A stretch of DNA of 64,000 nucleotides, taken from the IMG/VR virus record IMGVR_UViG_2850943043_000004, positions 62,001-126,000 of that record. One strand, written 5' to 3'. The stretch comes from an uncultured virus (IMG/VR IMGVR_UViG_2850943043_000004) (taxonomy: Duplodnaviria; Heunggongvirae; Uroviricota; Caudoviricetes). The stretch's first letter is position 1, and each line of letters begins with the position of its first letter. This document shows positions 45,712 through 57,071 of the stretch, piece after piece. Made by a program: the position numbers and the translations under genes. The notes below the pieces were generated by a model. It saw only the letters and a program-made list of their open reading frames with translations. It did no database searches and was not told the origin of the DNA.

Positions 45712-45960
45712 GTGTTAATGAATCATATATGTGACATCTGTAAAGAGTACATAAGCGGAAAAACAATTTGTCTTAGAATCAGCGATGAAAAAACTTATGA
45801 AGACTTCAATTGTTGTGAAGGCTGTGCAAAGGGTTATTCCGAGAGAGTGAAAAATGAATGCAGTAATTTAAGTGTTAAGAAGACATTAGAACATTTAGGA
45901 CTAAATAACAAATACAAAATAGAGGATAAAATATTCCTTTTATCGAGAATGGAGAGATGA
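45712..45960 (+). CDS. YorZ-like Cys-rich protein
   Basis: CDIC..CCEGC; true stop probably the TAA at 45927. Confidence 0.6.
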   Translation: MLMNHICDICKEYISGKTICLRISDEKTYEDFNCCEGCAKGYSERVKNECSNLSVKKTLEHLGLNNKYKIEDKIFLLSRMER

Positions 45961-45963
45961 TGA

Positions 45964-46227
45964 GTGAATCAAGAAAAATGGGTAATCGTAGTTAGACGTG
46001 ATGGAGATAAAAACAATGGAAAAGTATATAACAATTTTGTTACTGGAGAAAATTTGATTTTCACAAACCTGGAAGAAGCAGAAAAGTTCGCATTGAAAAT
46101 TGAAACCGAAGGTAGAGGGTTATGGACATTGGTTGAACCATATGAAAAGCATGTGTTAACTGAAAAAGCTTTTGATGACAGTTTTGTCGCTACTATGAAA
46201 GCTAATCGTGAATCAACCCATGTGTAA
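45964..46227 (+). CDS. hypothetical protein
   Basis: ORF with RBS. Confidence 0.55.
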   Translation: MNQEKWVIVVRRDGDKNNGKVYNNFVTGENLIFTNLEEAEKFALKIETEGRGLWTLVEPYEKHVLTEKAFDDSFVATMKANRESTHV

Positions 46228-46251
46228 GCGATAAGGAGAGGAGACAATTTA

Positions 46252-46800
46252 ATGACAAAGACCTGGTTCATCAGCGATCCTCACTTTGGCCATAAGAATA
46301 TCATCAAATATGAAGGTAATAAACGACTATTTAAAGACACTGAACATATGGACAATGTGATTATTGAGAACTTCAATAAAACAGTTAGCGAAGGTGATAC
46401 AGTCTTTTGGCTTGGAGACATGTTCTTCTGTAATTCAAAAAGAATTGAGTACATAGTGAGTCGGCTAAAGAAAACTAGAAACATTCTTATTAGAGGAAAT
46501 CATGACAAAGGAATTTCAGATACAAAGTTTAGAAGACTTGGTTTTGATCCACATAGGATGTATCTCTATGAGGATTACATACTTACTCATGAACCAATTT
46601 CTCAGGTGAATATGAACAGATTAATTGAGGAATTTCAACTTTGCTGTAATGTACATGGGCATACACACAGTGAGGAAACTGGTCTCGAAAAGCTAAGTCA
46701 TGTTTGTGTAAGTGTTGAAAATACCGACTTTAAGCCAGTAACGATGGATTGGATTAACTCGAAAAGGTGGGAAGGTGTAAGAAATCCTCATTGGAAATAG
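46252..46800 (+). CDS. calcineurin-like metallophosphoesterase
   Basis: SDPHFGH, LGD, GNHD, HEP and HGHTH motifs. Confidence 0.85.
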   Translation: MTKTWFISDPHFGHKNIIKYEGNKRLFKDTEHMDNVIIENFNKTVSEGDTVFWLGDMFFCNSKRIEYIVSRLKKTRNILIRGNHDKGISDTKFRRLGFDPHRMYLYEDYILTHEPISQVNMNRLIEEFQLCCNVHGHTHSEETGLEKLSHVCVSVENTDFKPVTMDWINSKRWEGVRNPHWK

Positions 46801-46860
46801 AAATTAATTTCCCGGGCAAGCGCAGTATGCGACAAATCAAAACAAATAACGAGGAGTGAC

Positions 46861-47040
46861 ATGGTGCAATTTGCAATTAATATTCTTGAACTCATCGGTC
46901 TTTTGTTGATTGGACTTGTATCATTAGATACATATGGATCGAAAAGGAGAATAAAACCTCAAATCGCTTTTGGAATATTAGTTATAGCTGGAATGTCATT
47001 CTTAACCGGTTTGGGTTTATTGATTATAAGTAATATCTAA
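46861..47040 (+). CDS. 59-aa two-TM membrane protein
   Basis: MVQFAINILELIGLLLIGLVS..; GAGGAG RBS. Confidence 0.65.
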   Translation: MVQFAINILELIGLLLIGLVSLDTYGSKRRIKPQIAFGILVIAGMSFLTGLGLLIISNI

Positions 47041-47082
47041 ATAAAATTCAATTTTTAAAGAGACTTAAAAGGAGGTGAATAA

Positions 47083-47505
47083 GTGGGACGACATAAAGCA
47101 ACATTTGAAGGGAAGGTAATTAAAAAAAGTTGGACATTAGGCCTGTGTGATGCCCTTGTCCCAATTGAGCAGCAATGTGAATACCAGCCATTTTTTGAAG
47201 GGAACATCGACTTAGACCCAATTGAAGTCGGAGGGAAAGTGTATATCCCAGGGTTTAACGAATACGTAGTCGTAACAGACAGGCAACGCAACACAAAAAA
47301 TGAATGGGCATATCAGACTGACAAGATCATTAAAACAATTGAGGATAAAGAGAGCCTTGAAAAAGCAATTCAAAAACAAGAAAAAATAGAGAAATGGAAT
47401 CAGCAAGTTAAAGAAGACTATGAACGCTTTAAAGAGCAAGAAAAGAAACGTAAAACTTCCTGGTGGAAGAGGTTTTGGAAATTCTGTGTAGCAGGTGAGA
47501 TATAA
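47083..47505 (+). CDS. YosD-like protein
   Basis: ORF with AAAGGAGGT RBS. Confidence 0.6.
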   Translation: MGRHKATFEGKVIKKSWTLGLCDALVPIEQQCEYQPFFEGNIDLDPIEVGGKVYIPGFNEYVVVTDRQRNTKNEWAYQTDKIIKTIEDKESLEKAIQKQEKIEKWNQQVKEDYERFKEQEKKRKTSWWKRFWKFCVAGEI

Positions 47506-47545
47506 ATGAAAGTTTTATTTTATCAGAATAAAAGGAGGAGATAAC

Positions 47546-48492
47546 TTGATCTTAGGTAGTAAAGAGAATCCTAGACACATTTTAGGGTTATCTGGTGGGA
47601 AAGATTCAGCTGCTTTAGCTATACATATTAAAATAACTAGACCAGATATTTTTAATAAGATTGAATTTTATTTCACGGATACTGGAACAGAACTCGATGA
47701 GCTGTACATTTATTTAGATAAACTTGAAAATATTTGGAGAAACCAATTTATAGAATAAAAGCAAATATTGACGAGAACAAAAGAATACAGTTTAAAGCTG
47801 AAAATGGAAACGATGAATCAATCCCTTTTGATGATATTCTTTTTAATAAATACAATGGATTTTTACCAGCACCGAATGCAAGATGGTGTACTAGGGATCT
47901 CAAAATAATTCCAATGGAAAAATGGATAAATGGGGATCATTGTATTTCCTATATTGGAATAAGAGCAGATGAACCTAGTCGTGAAGGTTATACAAGTAGA
48001 AGCAAAAAGTCAATATATCACCAGTATATCCGTTTAGGGAAGATGGTTTATTAATTAATGATATTTATAAAATACTTGAGGAAACGGTAGGTATCCCTCC
48101 CTACTATAGATGGAGAACAAGATCAGGTTGTTACTTCTGTTTTTACCAGCGAAGGGTTGAGTATGCTGTAATGTATTATCTATATCCAAATTTATTTAAG
48201 GAAAGTAAGAAATATGAAACTAAACATAGTGATGGAAGAATATTCACTTGGGTCAAGGATAAGCCCTTGGATTACATTAAAGATAATGCAAAAGAAATTA
48301 TCATTAGATACATAAAAAACAATATAAAAAGCATCAAGTGCGTATAAAGAGAGCTTTATATTAAGCCTGGATGAAATGATTAAACTGATTGAAAATGAAA
48401 AAATTGATGAATTCATAAATACTTGGGATTTAAAAAGGCTACACGATGTAGACGGTGAAAATAAAGATGGTTGCAACGTGTGTGTGATATAG
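47546..48492 (+). CDS. PAPS-reductase/DndC-like PP-loop protein (frameshifted)
   Basis: LSGGKDS, FTDTG, RWCT, GIRADE, RSGCYFC and C-terminal CNVC across joined frames. Confidence 0.8.
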
Positions 48493-48502
48493 GAGGCAGA
48501 AA

Positions 48503-48867
48503 ATGAAGTATATTTATCAGGAGGTATGAAGAGCGGGTGGCAGGAACAGACTCCTGAAATTGAAGGAGTAGATTATTTTGATCCAAGAATTCATTCCCCG
48601 CAAAATAATACATCCATGGAATTTGTATATAAAGATATCGAAGCTGTAAAATCTTCAGACGTAGTATTCTGCTATATGGAAAAAGACAACCCGACTGGAT
48701 ACGGGGCAGCGTGGGAATGTGCCATAGCAGCAGAGAATAACATACCAATAATTACAGTTTGGGAAAAGCCCTATACAGACCCATTTTTTGCATGTAACTC
48801 TCTTTACTTGTACAACAACTTTGAAAAAGGTTTAGAAAGGCTAGAAAAATTCTTAGAAAAAAGGTGA
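48503..48867 (+). CDS. nucleoside 2-deoxyribosyltransferase-like protein
   Basis: Restored start MKVYLSGGM; FDP, DIEAVKSSDVV and G.GAAWE motifs. Confidence 0.75.
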
Positions 48868-49298
48868 AATAGTTGGATTGGAAATTAATTGACAAAGATG
48901 GTAACTTTCTAAAATGGGTTAATTGTCAATATGATGCAAGTGATATCGCAACAATGATGTATGAGGCCCAGATAGTTACCTTAGATTTTAATAAACAAGA
49001 AGCAAAAATTCTTAAATAGTTTAAATAAAAGGATGATTTTAAGGAGTTGATTAGACATTAGTATAAGTCAAAGGCAGTCTCAACGTATTCGAGAAGCTCT
49101 GATAAATTCAAACACAACTGCTGAGGAAATTGGAATGGATAAGGCATTATCAGAAGTTCTCAATCTACTCAAGAGAAGAATTTTGGAGCTGGAAACTTTG
49201 TATTATCCAGAGTGGGAATATGAAAATGCAAAAGTGAAGCTTGAAGAGCTTAGAGAAATGGTGAATAGAATTAATGCACTTCGAGGAACCGGGAAGGA

Positions 49299-49609
49299 TG
49301 AACAAAGTGAATTTGAAAATGCAGGAAGCGGTTTTACATCTAAACAAATATGACAGCAGTTCAAAAAGTGCTCAAGATGCACAGAAGTTGTTGAATGCTT
49401 TGAAGGATACATACGATGTAGTCGGTTGTCGGTTTAGACATTATAAAGGCGGTCTTTATAAGGTTATTGGAGAGGTCATTCACACTGAAACAGAAGAAAA
49501 GCTGGTTACATATGAAGACCAAGACGGATTACTTTGGGCAAGACCTAAAGACATGTTCTTTGGAAAAGTGGTTGTTGATGGTAAAGAGACTAAGAGATTC
49601 ACAAAATAG
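49299..49609 (+). CDS. DUF1653 family protein (YosG-like)
   Basis: FRHYKGGLY.VIG..HTETEE.LV.Y..LWARP..MF. Confidence 0.75.
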
Positions 49610-49776
49610 ATTAAAAGGACGATGAATATGAATAAAAAATACGGACTTTATTGCATGGGAACACTTGTTAACACTTATGATGACGCTATTGAGGCTCATA
49701 ATGATGCTGTATATGCTCAAGAAGAAAGTGGAGTGCCGCATGAAGTAAGAGAAATCAGAAAAGGAGAGTAGGTAGG

Positions 49777-50139
49777 ATGGAATACACTAAGTATGGAAAT
49801 CTTGTAGAAGGCTATATAACATTCAATCTTTATTTTGAGACATTTGAATACAAAGAAGATAGCTTATTAGAACAAGTGAAATTCACCACAGTTAAAGAGT
49901 TATTCAACATGATGCAGCCAGACTATGTTGAAGAACTAAAGCAAGAAAACGGTGCAGATCAGGTTGAGGTTCATGATATCACGTTTAGCGCTAAAGAAGA
50001 TGACACTGAGGCTTTCATCACAATGTATGACAACTCAGGAAACTATCGAATCTCAACAAATCTTGATGTAAGTGGCTTGGATAGCGAGTACAAGCAAACA
50101 TTAAAAAGCATTAAAGGTATTATAGACAAGAAACTTTGA
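49777..50139 (+). CDS. hypothetical protein
   Basis: 120-aa acidic ORF. Confidence 0.6.
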   Translation: MEYTKYGNLVEGYITFNLYFETFEYKEDSLLEQVKFTTVKELFNMMQPDYVEELKQENGADQVEVHDITFSAKEDDTEAFITMYDNSGNYRISTNLDVSGLDSEYKQTLKSIKGIIDKKL

Positions 50140-50566
50140 GAGTAAAGTAAAGGATGATGAAAATGAATATTAGAGAGTTTATTGCTGAGCAGAGAAAGAC
50201 GAAAAGTTCTTGGGTTTGAGATCAAAATTAAGAGAACTAATTGAACACAGAAGACTTGAACTTGTTGAGATGCTTGGATATAAAATCGATAGTTTGAATC
50301 AAGAGCAACTTATAGAATTCAAAGAAAAATTCAGTGAATTAACTGCATTTAAAGAAAAGGTAGGTAATGATCCTTTCAGCATTAGTCTGGATGAACTTGG
50401 CGAACTTCTATGTTTCCAAAAAAATAAGGAAGGTAGATACAAAACTCTGGAGTATGTTTGAGTAAAACGATTGATCCATACATTGATAAACCAAAACAGG
50501 CTACAGCTATTTCTAGATAAATTCACAGTTTTATTCAAAATAAAAACAAAAATAAGGAGATGTAAA

Positions 50567-50920
50567 ATGGGAGCAGCTACACGAATTGATCCAACTCAAC
50601 CATATGTAAAAAAGAAGAACATTATTAACTTTACAGTAGCCACTGAGAACACTCATATTCATTTAGCTGATGGGCAATCTTTTCCTGTATTAAAAGGAGA
50701 GATTATTGCAACTGACCAACAGGGAAATCAATTTGTTGAATTAGAAAAGAATCTAGATGATTACGTTCCAGTTAAGAAGAGTTCCTTATATGAAAGTATG
50801 GCACAGGGCTACATGGAAATGGGCGACATTAATCGTGAAATATCAGAAGCATTTAATCATGCTGAAAATGAAGCTGAAACAGCGACTACAAAATTAATTA
50901 CTGGGGCATATAACGATTAG
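50567..50920 (+). CDS. yosL: YosL, MazE-antitoxin mimic
   Basis: C-terminus ESMAQGYMEMGDINREISEAFNHAENEAETAT resembles the B. subtilis MazE C-terminus; 117 aa, just before nrdI. Confidence 0.85.
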   Translation: MGAATRIDPTQPYVKKKNIINFTVATENTHIHLADGQSFPVLKGEIIATDQQGNQFVELEKNLDDYVPVKKSSLYESMAQGYMEMGDINREISEAFNHAENEAETATTKLITGAYND

Positions 50921-51313
50921 TGATCATTACATATGAGAGTAAAACTGGCAATGTAAGAAGGTTTGTAAAAGCGCTGCAACAAGAGTTTGACGTTGAGGCA
51001 ATTGAAATAACTGATGATACGATCATCAATCAAGAATTCATACATATTACATATACGATAGGCTTTGGGGAAGTACCTGAAAGGACTTTGAGTTTTATCA
51101 ATAAGAATAAAAATAAAATTAGAGGAGTTGCTGTTAGTGGTAACAAGGTTTGGGGTGATAACTATGGTTTAGCTGGAGACAAGCTTTCAGCTAAGTTCCA
51201 CACCATTGTTATTAAAGTTTGAACTTAGTGGAACGAAACAAGATCTACAGAAAATCATTCAGGAGGTACAACTTATTGACAAACACAATACCAAATTGGA
51301 TCAAGCTCAATAA
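50920..51313 (+). CDS. nrdI: NrdI flavodoxin (frameshifted)
   Basis: YESKTGNVRRF, TYTIGFG and SGNKVWG motifs. Confidence 0.9.
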
Positions 51314-53653
51314 TGAAATCATGATCCAGAAAGATGGGAAGTATCAATTTGAAAAGGATAAGGAGGCCGTACATAGTTACTTTGTTGATTACATAAATCA
51401 AAACACAGTCTTTTCCATGATCTGAAAGAGAAGCTGGACTATCTGATTAAAATGATTATTACGAGGAAGAATTCTTAAGCAAATATACATTCGAACAGAT
51501 TAAATCAATCTATAAGATTGCTTACAGTTACAAATTCAGATTCCCTTCTTTTATGAGTGCCTTTAAGTTCTACAATGACTACGCATTGAAGACAAACGAT
51601 AAAACAAAGATCCTGGAAAGGTATGAGGATCGTGTCTCAATTGTGGCTTTATATTGCGCTGATGGCGATTACGAGAAGGCTGTTGAGGAAGTACATACTA
51701 TGATGAAACAAGAGTATCAGCCAGCAACACCTACTTTCCTTAATGCTGGACGTAAGCGAAGAGGTGAAATGGTGAGCTGCTTCTTACTTGAAGTAGGCGA
51801 CAGTTTGAATGATATTTCACGTGCTATTGATATTTCCATGCAGCTTTCTAAGCTAGGTGGAGGAGTAGCATTAAATCTAAACAAACTAAGAGCCAAAGGT
51901 GAAGCGATTAAAGACGTAGAGAATGCGACTAAAGGTGTCGTAGGTGTTATGAAACTATTGGATACTGCTTTTAGATATGCAGATCAGATGGGACAAAGGC
52001 AAGGGTCAGGAGCGGCTTATCTAAGTGTATTCCATCCAGACATTACAGACTTCCTGGATACAAAAAAAATCTCAGCAGATGAAGATGTCCGAGTTAAAAC
52101 ACTATCCATTGGTGTAGTTGTTCCTGATAAGTTTATTGAACTTGCAAGGGAAGACAAGGATTATTACATGTTCTATCCGCATTCAGTATACAAGGAATAT
52201 GGACAATATCTTGATGAGTTAGACATTAATGAAATGTATGATGAGCTTGTTGAAAATCCAAGAGTTAGAAAATCAAAGGGAAATGCTCGAAAGCTGTTAG
52301 AGCAATTGGCCATTCTAAGAAGCGAATCTGGTTATCCATATATCATGTTTGCTGACAATGTAAATAAAGTGCATCCAAATGAACATATTTCAAAAGTGAA
52401 GTTTTCTAATTTGTGTTAACTGTAGCACCTTCGGTCAGCAATGATCGTAGCAAACCCGTCTAAACGGTGAAACTCTATTCAATAGACAATACCGTGCTAA
52501 GCCGCACCTTGCGGAAATGCCGAACGACTATCGAAACCACGCATACGCGTAAGGGAGTAGAGTACATCGCAAGCATATGGCGATGGAAACGGCGGGCGGC
52601 CTTATAGGTCGATGATATAGTCTATTCTTACGAGTGATCGTAAGCAGTTCATAAGAGAACGGACGAGAGTGTTGCGCCTTTCGTTGAATATTAAAGTCAG
52701 AGGTACTCCAAGCATCACAAGTGTCAGTTTATACAGATTATGATCAGGAAGATGAAATTGGATTAGATATCTCATGTAATCTTGGCTCCATGAACATTGT
52801 AAATGTAATGAGTAATCAATCAATTGCTTCAACAGTCAGAATAGCAATTGACTCACTGACAACCGTCACAAGAAAAACAAACATTGTAAATGCTCCAGCA
52901 GTTGCGAGAGCAAATACACTAATGAGATCAATTGGTCTAGGTCAGATGAACCTCCATGGATTTCTAGCTCAAAATAATATTGCTTATGAAAGTGAAGAAG
53001 CTAAGGATTTTGCAAATACATACTTTATGATGGTTAACTTCTACTCCCTGCAGCGTTCTATGGAAATTGCACGAGAAACAGGGGAGACATACTACAAGTT
53101 TGATGGTTCAACTTATAAATCAGGTGAGTATTTCGAAAAGTACGTAGCAAATGATTATAGCCCTCAGTTTGAAAAGGTTAAAAAGCTATTTGGAGATCAA
53201 CATATTCCTAACATTGAAGATTGGACGAAACTTAAAGAAGATGTAATGAAATATGGCATATACCATTCGTATAGGCAGGCTATTGCACCTACGGGAAGCA
53301 TCTCATATGTTCAATCATCTACAGCAGGTGTAATGCCAATAATGGAGAGAATTGAGGAACGTACATACGGAAACAGTAAGACATATTATCCGATGCCAGG
53401 TTTATCGGCTCAGAACTGGTTCTTTTATAAAGAAGCCTACGATATGGACATGTTCAAGGTAGTTGATCTTATTGCTACGATTCAGCAGCATGTTGACCAG
53501 GGAATTTCATTTACCTTGTTCTTGAAAGATACGATGACAACGAGAGACCTAAACAGAATAGACCTCTACGCTCATCATAAAGGAATTAAGACCTTGTATT
53601 ATGCTCGCACAAAGGATACAGGCCAAGAAGGTTGCTTGTCATGTGTAGTTTAG
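51276..53653 (+). CDS. nrdE: class Ib ribonucleotide reductase alpha, interrupted by a group I intron
   Basis: PATPTFLNAG, SCFL, FSNLC|SEVLQ, APTGSIS, TLYY; C-terminal CLSC. Confidence 0.95.
52417..52696 (+). ncRNA. group I self-splicing intron in nrdE (280 nt, no ORF)
   Basis: Exon ends ..TGT (U), intron ends G; GCAC guide pairs with GUGU; P7-like GACTA / GATATAGTC; splicing restores SNLC-SEVLQ in frame. Confidence 0.92.
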
Positions 53654-53796
53654 GAGAAAACGGAAGGAGCATCACAATCTTCAATTAAGAGTTAACAATT
53701 GGTGTGTGAAGGATATAAACGAGCTAAACATTAGGAAGTATAAGTGGAATATAAGCAAGCCAGCAATTTTACCGACTTGCTTTGGGGATCACTGGG

Positions 53797-54214
53797 CTAC
53801 AACTTTACAGCTTTAAAGAAACCATCAACGCTTTCCCCAGTTCCACTATCGTAGTTGAATATATATTCTCCTTGTTGTTTAACAGTATATTCTTTGATGA
53901 AGGTTTTTCCTGGTTTTAACTCCTGATCTGATTGAAGGACATTTCCATTTGGATAATAAATTGAAAACTCGAAAGTTTTATTTCCATCATTTGCAACAAA
54001 AACTCGGATTTTGCTTTTAGTGCCGCCTTCATAAGTAAAAGTAACATCTCCTTTTCTTCAGAAAAAGGGCCACACTTTAAAAACGTGCCTTCACATGCCC
54101 AACTAGATTTTGTGGGGATGATTGATCTTTAATTGTTTTTGCAGATACGTCCGTAACTCCCATAAAAGGAATTAGTCCTAGAGCAAGAGCACCAGCAATA
54201 AATTTCTTTTTCAT
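53797..54214 (-). CDS. secreted protein of about 139 aa between nrdE and nrdF (two homopolymer frameshifts)
   Basis: AAGGGAGG RBS; signal peptide MKKKFIAGALALGLIPFMGVTDVSA; own hairpin terminator at about 53753-53782. Confidence 0.7.
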
Positions 54215-54330
54215 TTTTTATTCCTCCCTTAATAGTGAATATGTTGCATTATAAAACTTACAACATCTATAAAATATTTCCTTCTTTTTACAAGTGTTGA
54301 GGGAGGAAAAATATTTAGGAGGTCACATTT

Positions 54331-55332
54331 TTGTCACAACTAAACAATAACAAGCTGTATACCGCAGCAAACTGGTCAAAGCATGAAGACGATTTTACCC
54401 AAATGTTCTATAACCAAAACGTGAAACAGTTCTGGCTTCCGGAAGAGATTGCTTTAAACGGCGATCTCCTCACATGGAAGTACCTCGGAAAAAATGAGCA
54501 GGACACTTATATGAAAGTCTTAGCTGGGTTGACGTTGTTAGATACAGAACAAGGCAACACTGGCATGCCTATCATTGCTGAACATATAGATGGGCATCAA
54601 AGAAAGGCAGTTCTAAATTTCATGGCTATGATGGAAAATGCTGTTCATGCAAAGTCTTACAGCAACATTTTTCTTACATTAGCTCCAACCGAGCAGATAA
54701 ATGAAGTCTTTGAATGGGTGAAAAACAATAGGTTTCTTCAAAAGAAGGCTAGAACAATTGTTTCAGTCTATAAATCAATCAAGAAAAACGATGAAATTTC
54801 TTTATTCAAAGCAATGGTTGCATCTGTTTTTCTGGAGAGTTTCCTTTTCTACTCAGGGTTTTATTATCCACTTTACTTTTACGGACAAGGAAAACTTATG
54901 CAGAGCGGGGAAATTGTAAATTTAATTATCCGTGACGAGGCGATACACGGCGTTTACATCGGTTTATTAGCACAGGAGATATATAAGAAACAAACTCCTC
55001 TGAAGCAAAAAGAACTGTATGCATGGGCTTTAAGTTTACTGCAGGAGCTTTATGAAAATGAACTGGAGTATACAGAAGATGTTTATGATCAGGTTGGATT
55101 AGCTCCAGATGTAAAGAAATTCATCAGATATAACGCAAATAAAGCTTTAAACAATCTGGGCTTTGATCATTGGTTTGAAGAAGAGGATGTTAATCCAATT
55201 GTTATCAATGGTTTGAGCACTAAGACTAAATCCCATGACTTCTTTTCAACTAAAGGAAACGGGTACAAAAAAGCCACGGTTGAACCATTAAAGGATTCAG
55301 ATTTTATTTTTAACGAGAGAGGATGTATTTGA
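54331..55332 (+). CDS. nrdF: class Ib ribonucleotide reductase beta (no intron)
   Basis: [21 protein letters not shown] and RDEAIHG motifs. Confidence 0.95.
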   Translation: MSQLNNNKLYTAANWSKHEDDFTQMFYNQNVKQFWLPEEIALNGDLLTWKYLGKNEQDTYMKVLAGLTLLDTEQGNTGMPIIAEHIDGHQRKAVLNFMAMMENAVHAKSYSNIFLTLAPTEQINEVFEWVKNNRFLQKKARTIVSVYKSIKKNDEISLFKAMVASVFLESFLFYSGFYYPLYFYGQGKLMQSGEIVNLIIRDEAIHGVYIGLLAQEIYKKQTPLKQKELYAWALSLLQELYENELEYTEDVYDQVGLAPDVKKFIRYNANKALNNLGFDHWFEEEDVNPIVINGLSTKTKSHDFFSTKGNGYKKATVEPLKDSDFIFNERGCI

Positions 55333-55574
55333 TGAGAGTAATTAAATTAGAGCAGCCTAATTGTAATCCATGTAAAATGGTGTCCAATTACTTAGAGCAA
55401 GCAAATATTCAATTTGAGACAGTTGACGTTACACAGGAACCAGAAGTGGCAGCTAGATTTGGTGTTATGGGAGTTCCGGTAACCGTTTTGCTGAGTGATC
55501 AAGGAGAGGAAGTAAACCGAAGTATTGGTTTTAAGCCTGATGAACTTGATGAGTTACTAAAGGAATTACGATAA
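55332..55574 (+). CDS. yosR: thioredoxin/NrdH-like YosR
   Basis: CNPC, GVP. Confidence 0.85.
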   Translation: MRVIKLEQPNCNPCKMVSNYLEQANIQFETVDVTQEPEVAARFGVMGVPVTVLLSDQGEEVNRSIGFKPDELDELLKELR

Positions 55575-55616
55575 AAGGGTAATTTTAAACAAACTTAAAT
55601 TTAAAGGAGCAAATAA

Positions 55617-55979
55617 ATGTATTTCATTGAAAATCAGGAAGGGTTAATCGGAAAAGAAGTTGCTTATGTTTGGGCAAATCAATTTTGTGAGCAAACAACG
55701 ATTATAACTAAAGATGGAGGCGTGTTTATGGTTTGTCAACAATCTGACTGGGATGATGGCTATGAGACCAGAATATTATACCCGCATGAAGCTAAGAAGA
55801 TATTACATCCCTTGAAAAAAGACTTGCATGTCAAAGGAGTGATTGATGAAACAGAGTGGGAAGAGTACGAGAATGAGCTAAAAAAGAAACAAGATGCTGA
55901 AAGAGAAAAGTATCTCAAAGAGAAAGAAGAACGCGATCGTAAGCTATATGAAGAGTTGAGGGCAAAGTTCGAACAATAA
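55617..55979 (+). CDS. hypothetical protein
   Basis: ORF after junction site 55572. Confidence 0.6.
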   Translation: MYFIENQEGLIGKEVAYVWANQFCEQTTIITKDGGVFMVCQQSDWDDGYETRILYPHEAKKILHPLKKDLHVKGVIDETEWEEYENELKKKQDAEREKYLKEKEERDRKLYEELRAKFEQ

Positions 55980-56049
55980 TGAACAGTTTGCTTAACTGAA
56001 GAATGCAATACAAGAACTTACATACCAAAACAAAAGGGGCTATTAAATA

Positions 56050-56478
56050 ATGCAAATTAAAATCAAATACTTAGATGAAACACAAACAAGAATCAGCAAA
56101 ATTGAGAAGGGAGACTGGATCGATCTTCGTGCAGCTGAAGATGTAGCGATCAAAAAAGATGAATTTAAACTTATCCCATTAGGTGTGGCCATGGAATTGC
56201 CTGAAGGCTATGAAGCACATGTCGTTCCTCGTTCGAGTACGTATAAGAACTTTGGTGTGATTCAAACAAACTCAATGGGTGTTATCGATGAGTCTTATAA
56301 GGGAGACAATGATTTTTGGTTCTTTCCTGCTTATGCATTGCGTGATACTGAAATTAAGAAAGATGATCGTATCTGTCAGTTTAGAATCATGAAGAAAATG
56401 CCGGCGGTTGAATTGGTTGAAGTAGACTATCTAGGCAACGATGACCGAGGTGGGTACGGTTCAACTGGAACGAAGTAA
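56050..56478 (+). CDS. yosS: dUTPase YosS
   Basis: [19 protein letters not shown] and RGGYGSTG motifs. Confidence 0.93.
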   Translation: MQIKIKYLDETQTRISKIEKGDWIDLRAAEDVAIKKDEFKLIPLGVAMELPEGYEAHVVPRSSTYKNFGVIQTNSMGVIDESYKGDNDFWFFPAYALRDTEIKKDDRICQFRIMKKMPAVELVEVDYLGNDDRGGYGSTGTK

Positions 56479-56565
56479 TTTACCATGTAGACAGTCTCTT
56501 TTTGGACTGAAACTTTTATAAAGCATTAACGTAGTACTTTATAAAGGGAATAAGGAGGTTTCTTC

Positions 56566-56748
56566 ATGGGGTTGAATTTCTTTAATGCAGAGTTAAAGTG
56601 CTCAAACTGCGGTAAAGTACTTAATTCAGGTGATGAAATAGTGGTACATATTACCCTGCCAAGTCAAAAGAAAATGCCTGTTGGTATCTTAGACAAAGTA
56701 TTAAGTAAACACTCTGATAAGGTTTATTGTAAGAAGTGTAGTGAGTAA
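56566..56748 (+). CDS. small zinc-ribbon protein
   Basis: CSNC..CKKC; AAGGAGG RBS; followed by a hairpin. Confidence 0.65.
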   Translation: MGLNFFNAELKCSNCGKVLNSGDEIVVHITLPSQKKMPVGILDKVLSKHSDKVYCKKCSE

Positions 56749-57071
56749 GTTTTCAATGTTATGAGGATGCTCCTAGAGGTTTCCTCATAACAAATATCAA
56801 TTTAAATTAGAAAATAAAGATTACTTTTATCTAAAATCAATAAGGAGGAAAGAGATCATCAACAACAAAGAAAGAGCTTTACAAGCAAAATATGACGACA
56901 TGCTTTATAGGAATGGCCTTTGCTTTGGGTTTCTTCAATTGCAAGGACTTGAAGATGAATTTATTGACCATATGAGACAAGTTGCTGAGTACGAGAAAGA
57001 CCTGAGATACAAAAAGGCAGCGACTAACTTCCTTAAGATACATGACCAAAATAAACTGGGTGGGTGATTAA

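Noticed and set aside
52602..52832. Minus-strand ORF as an intron-encoded endonuclease
   Set aside because: It is antisense, crosses the splice junction and has no nuclease motif
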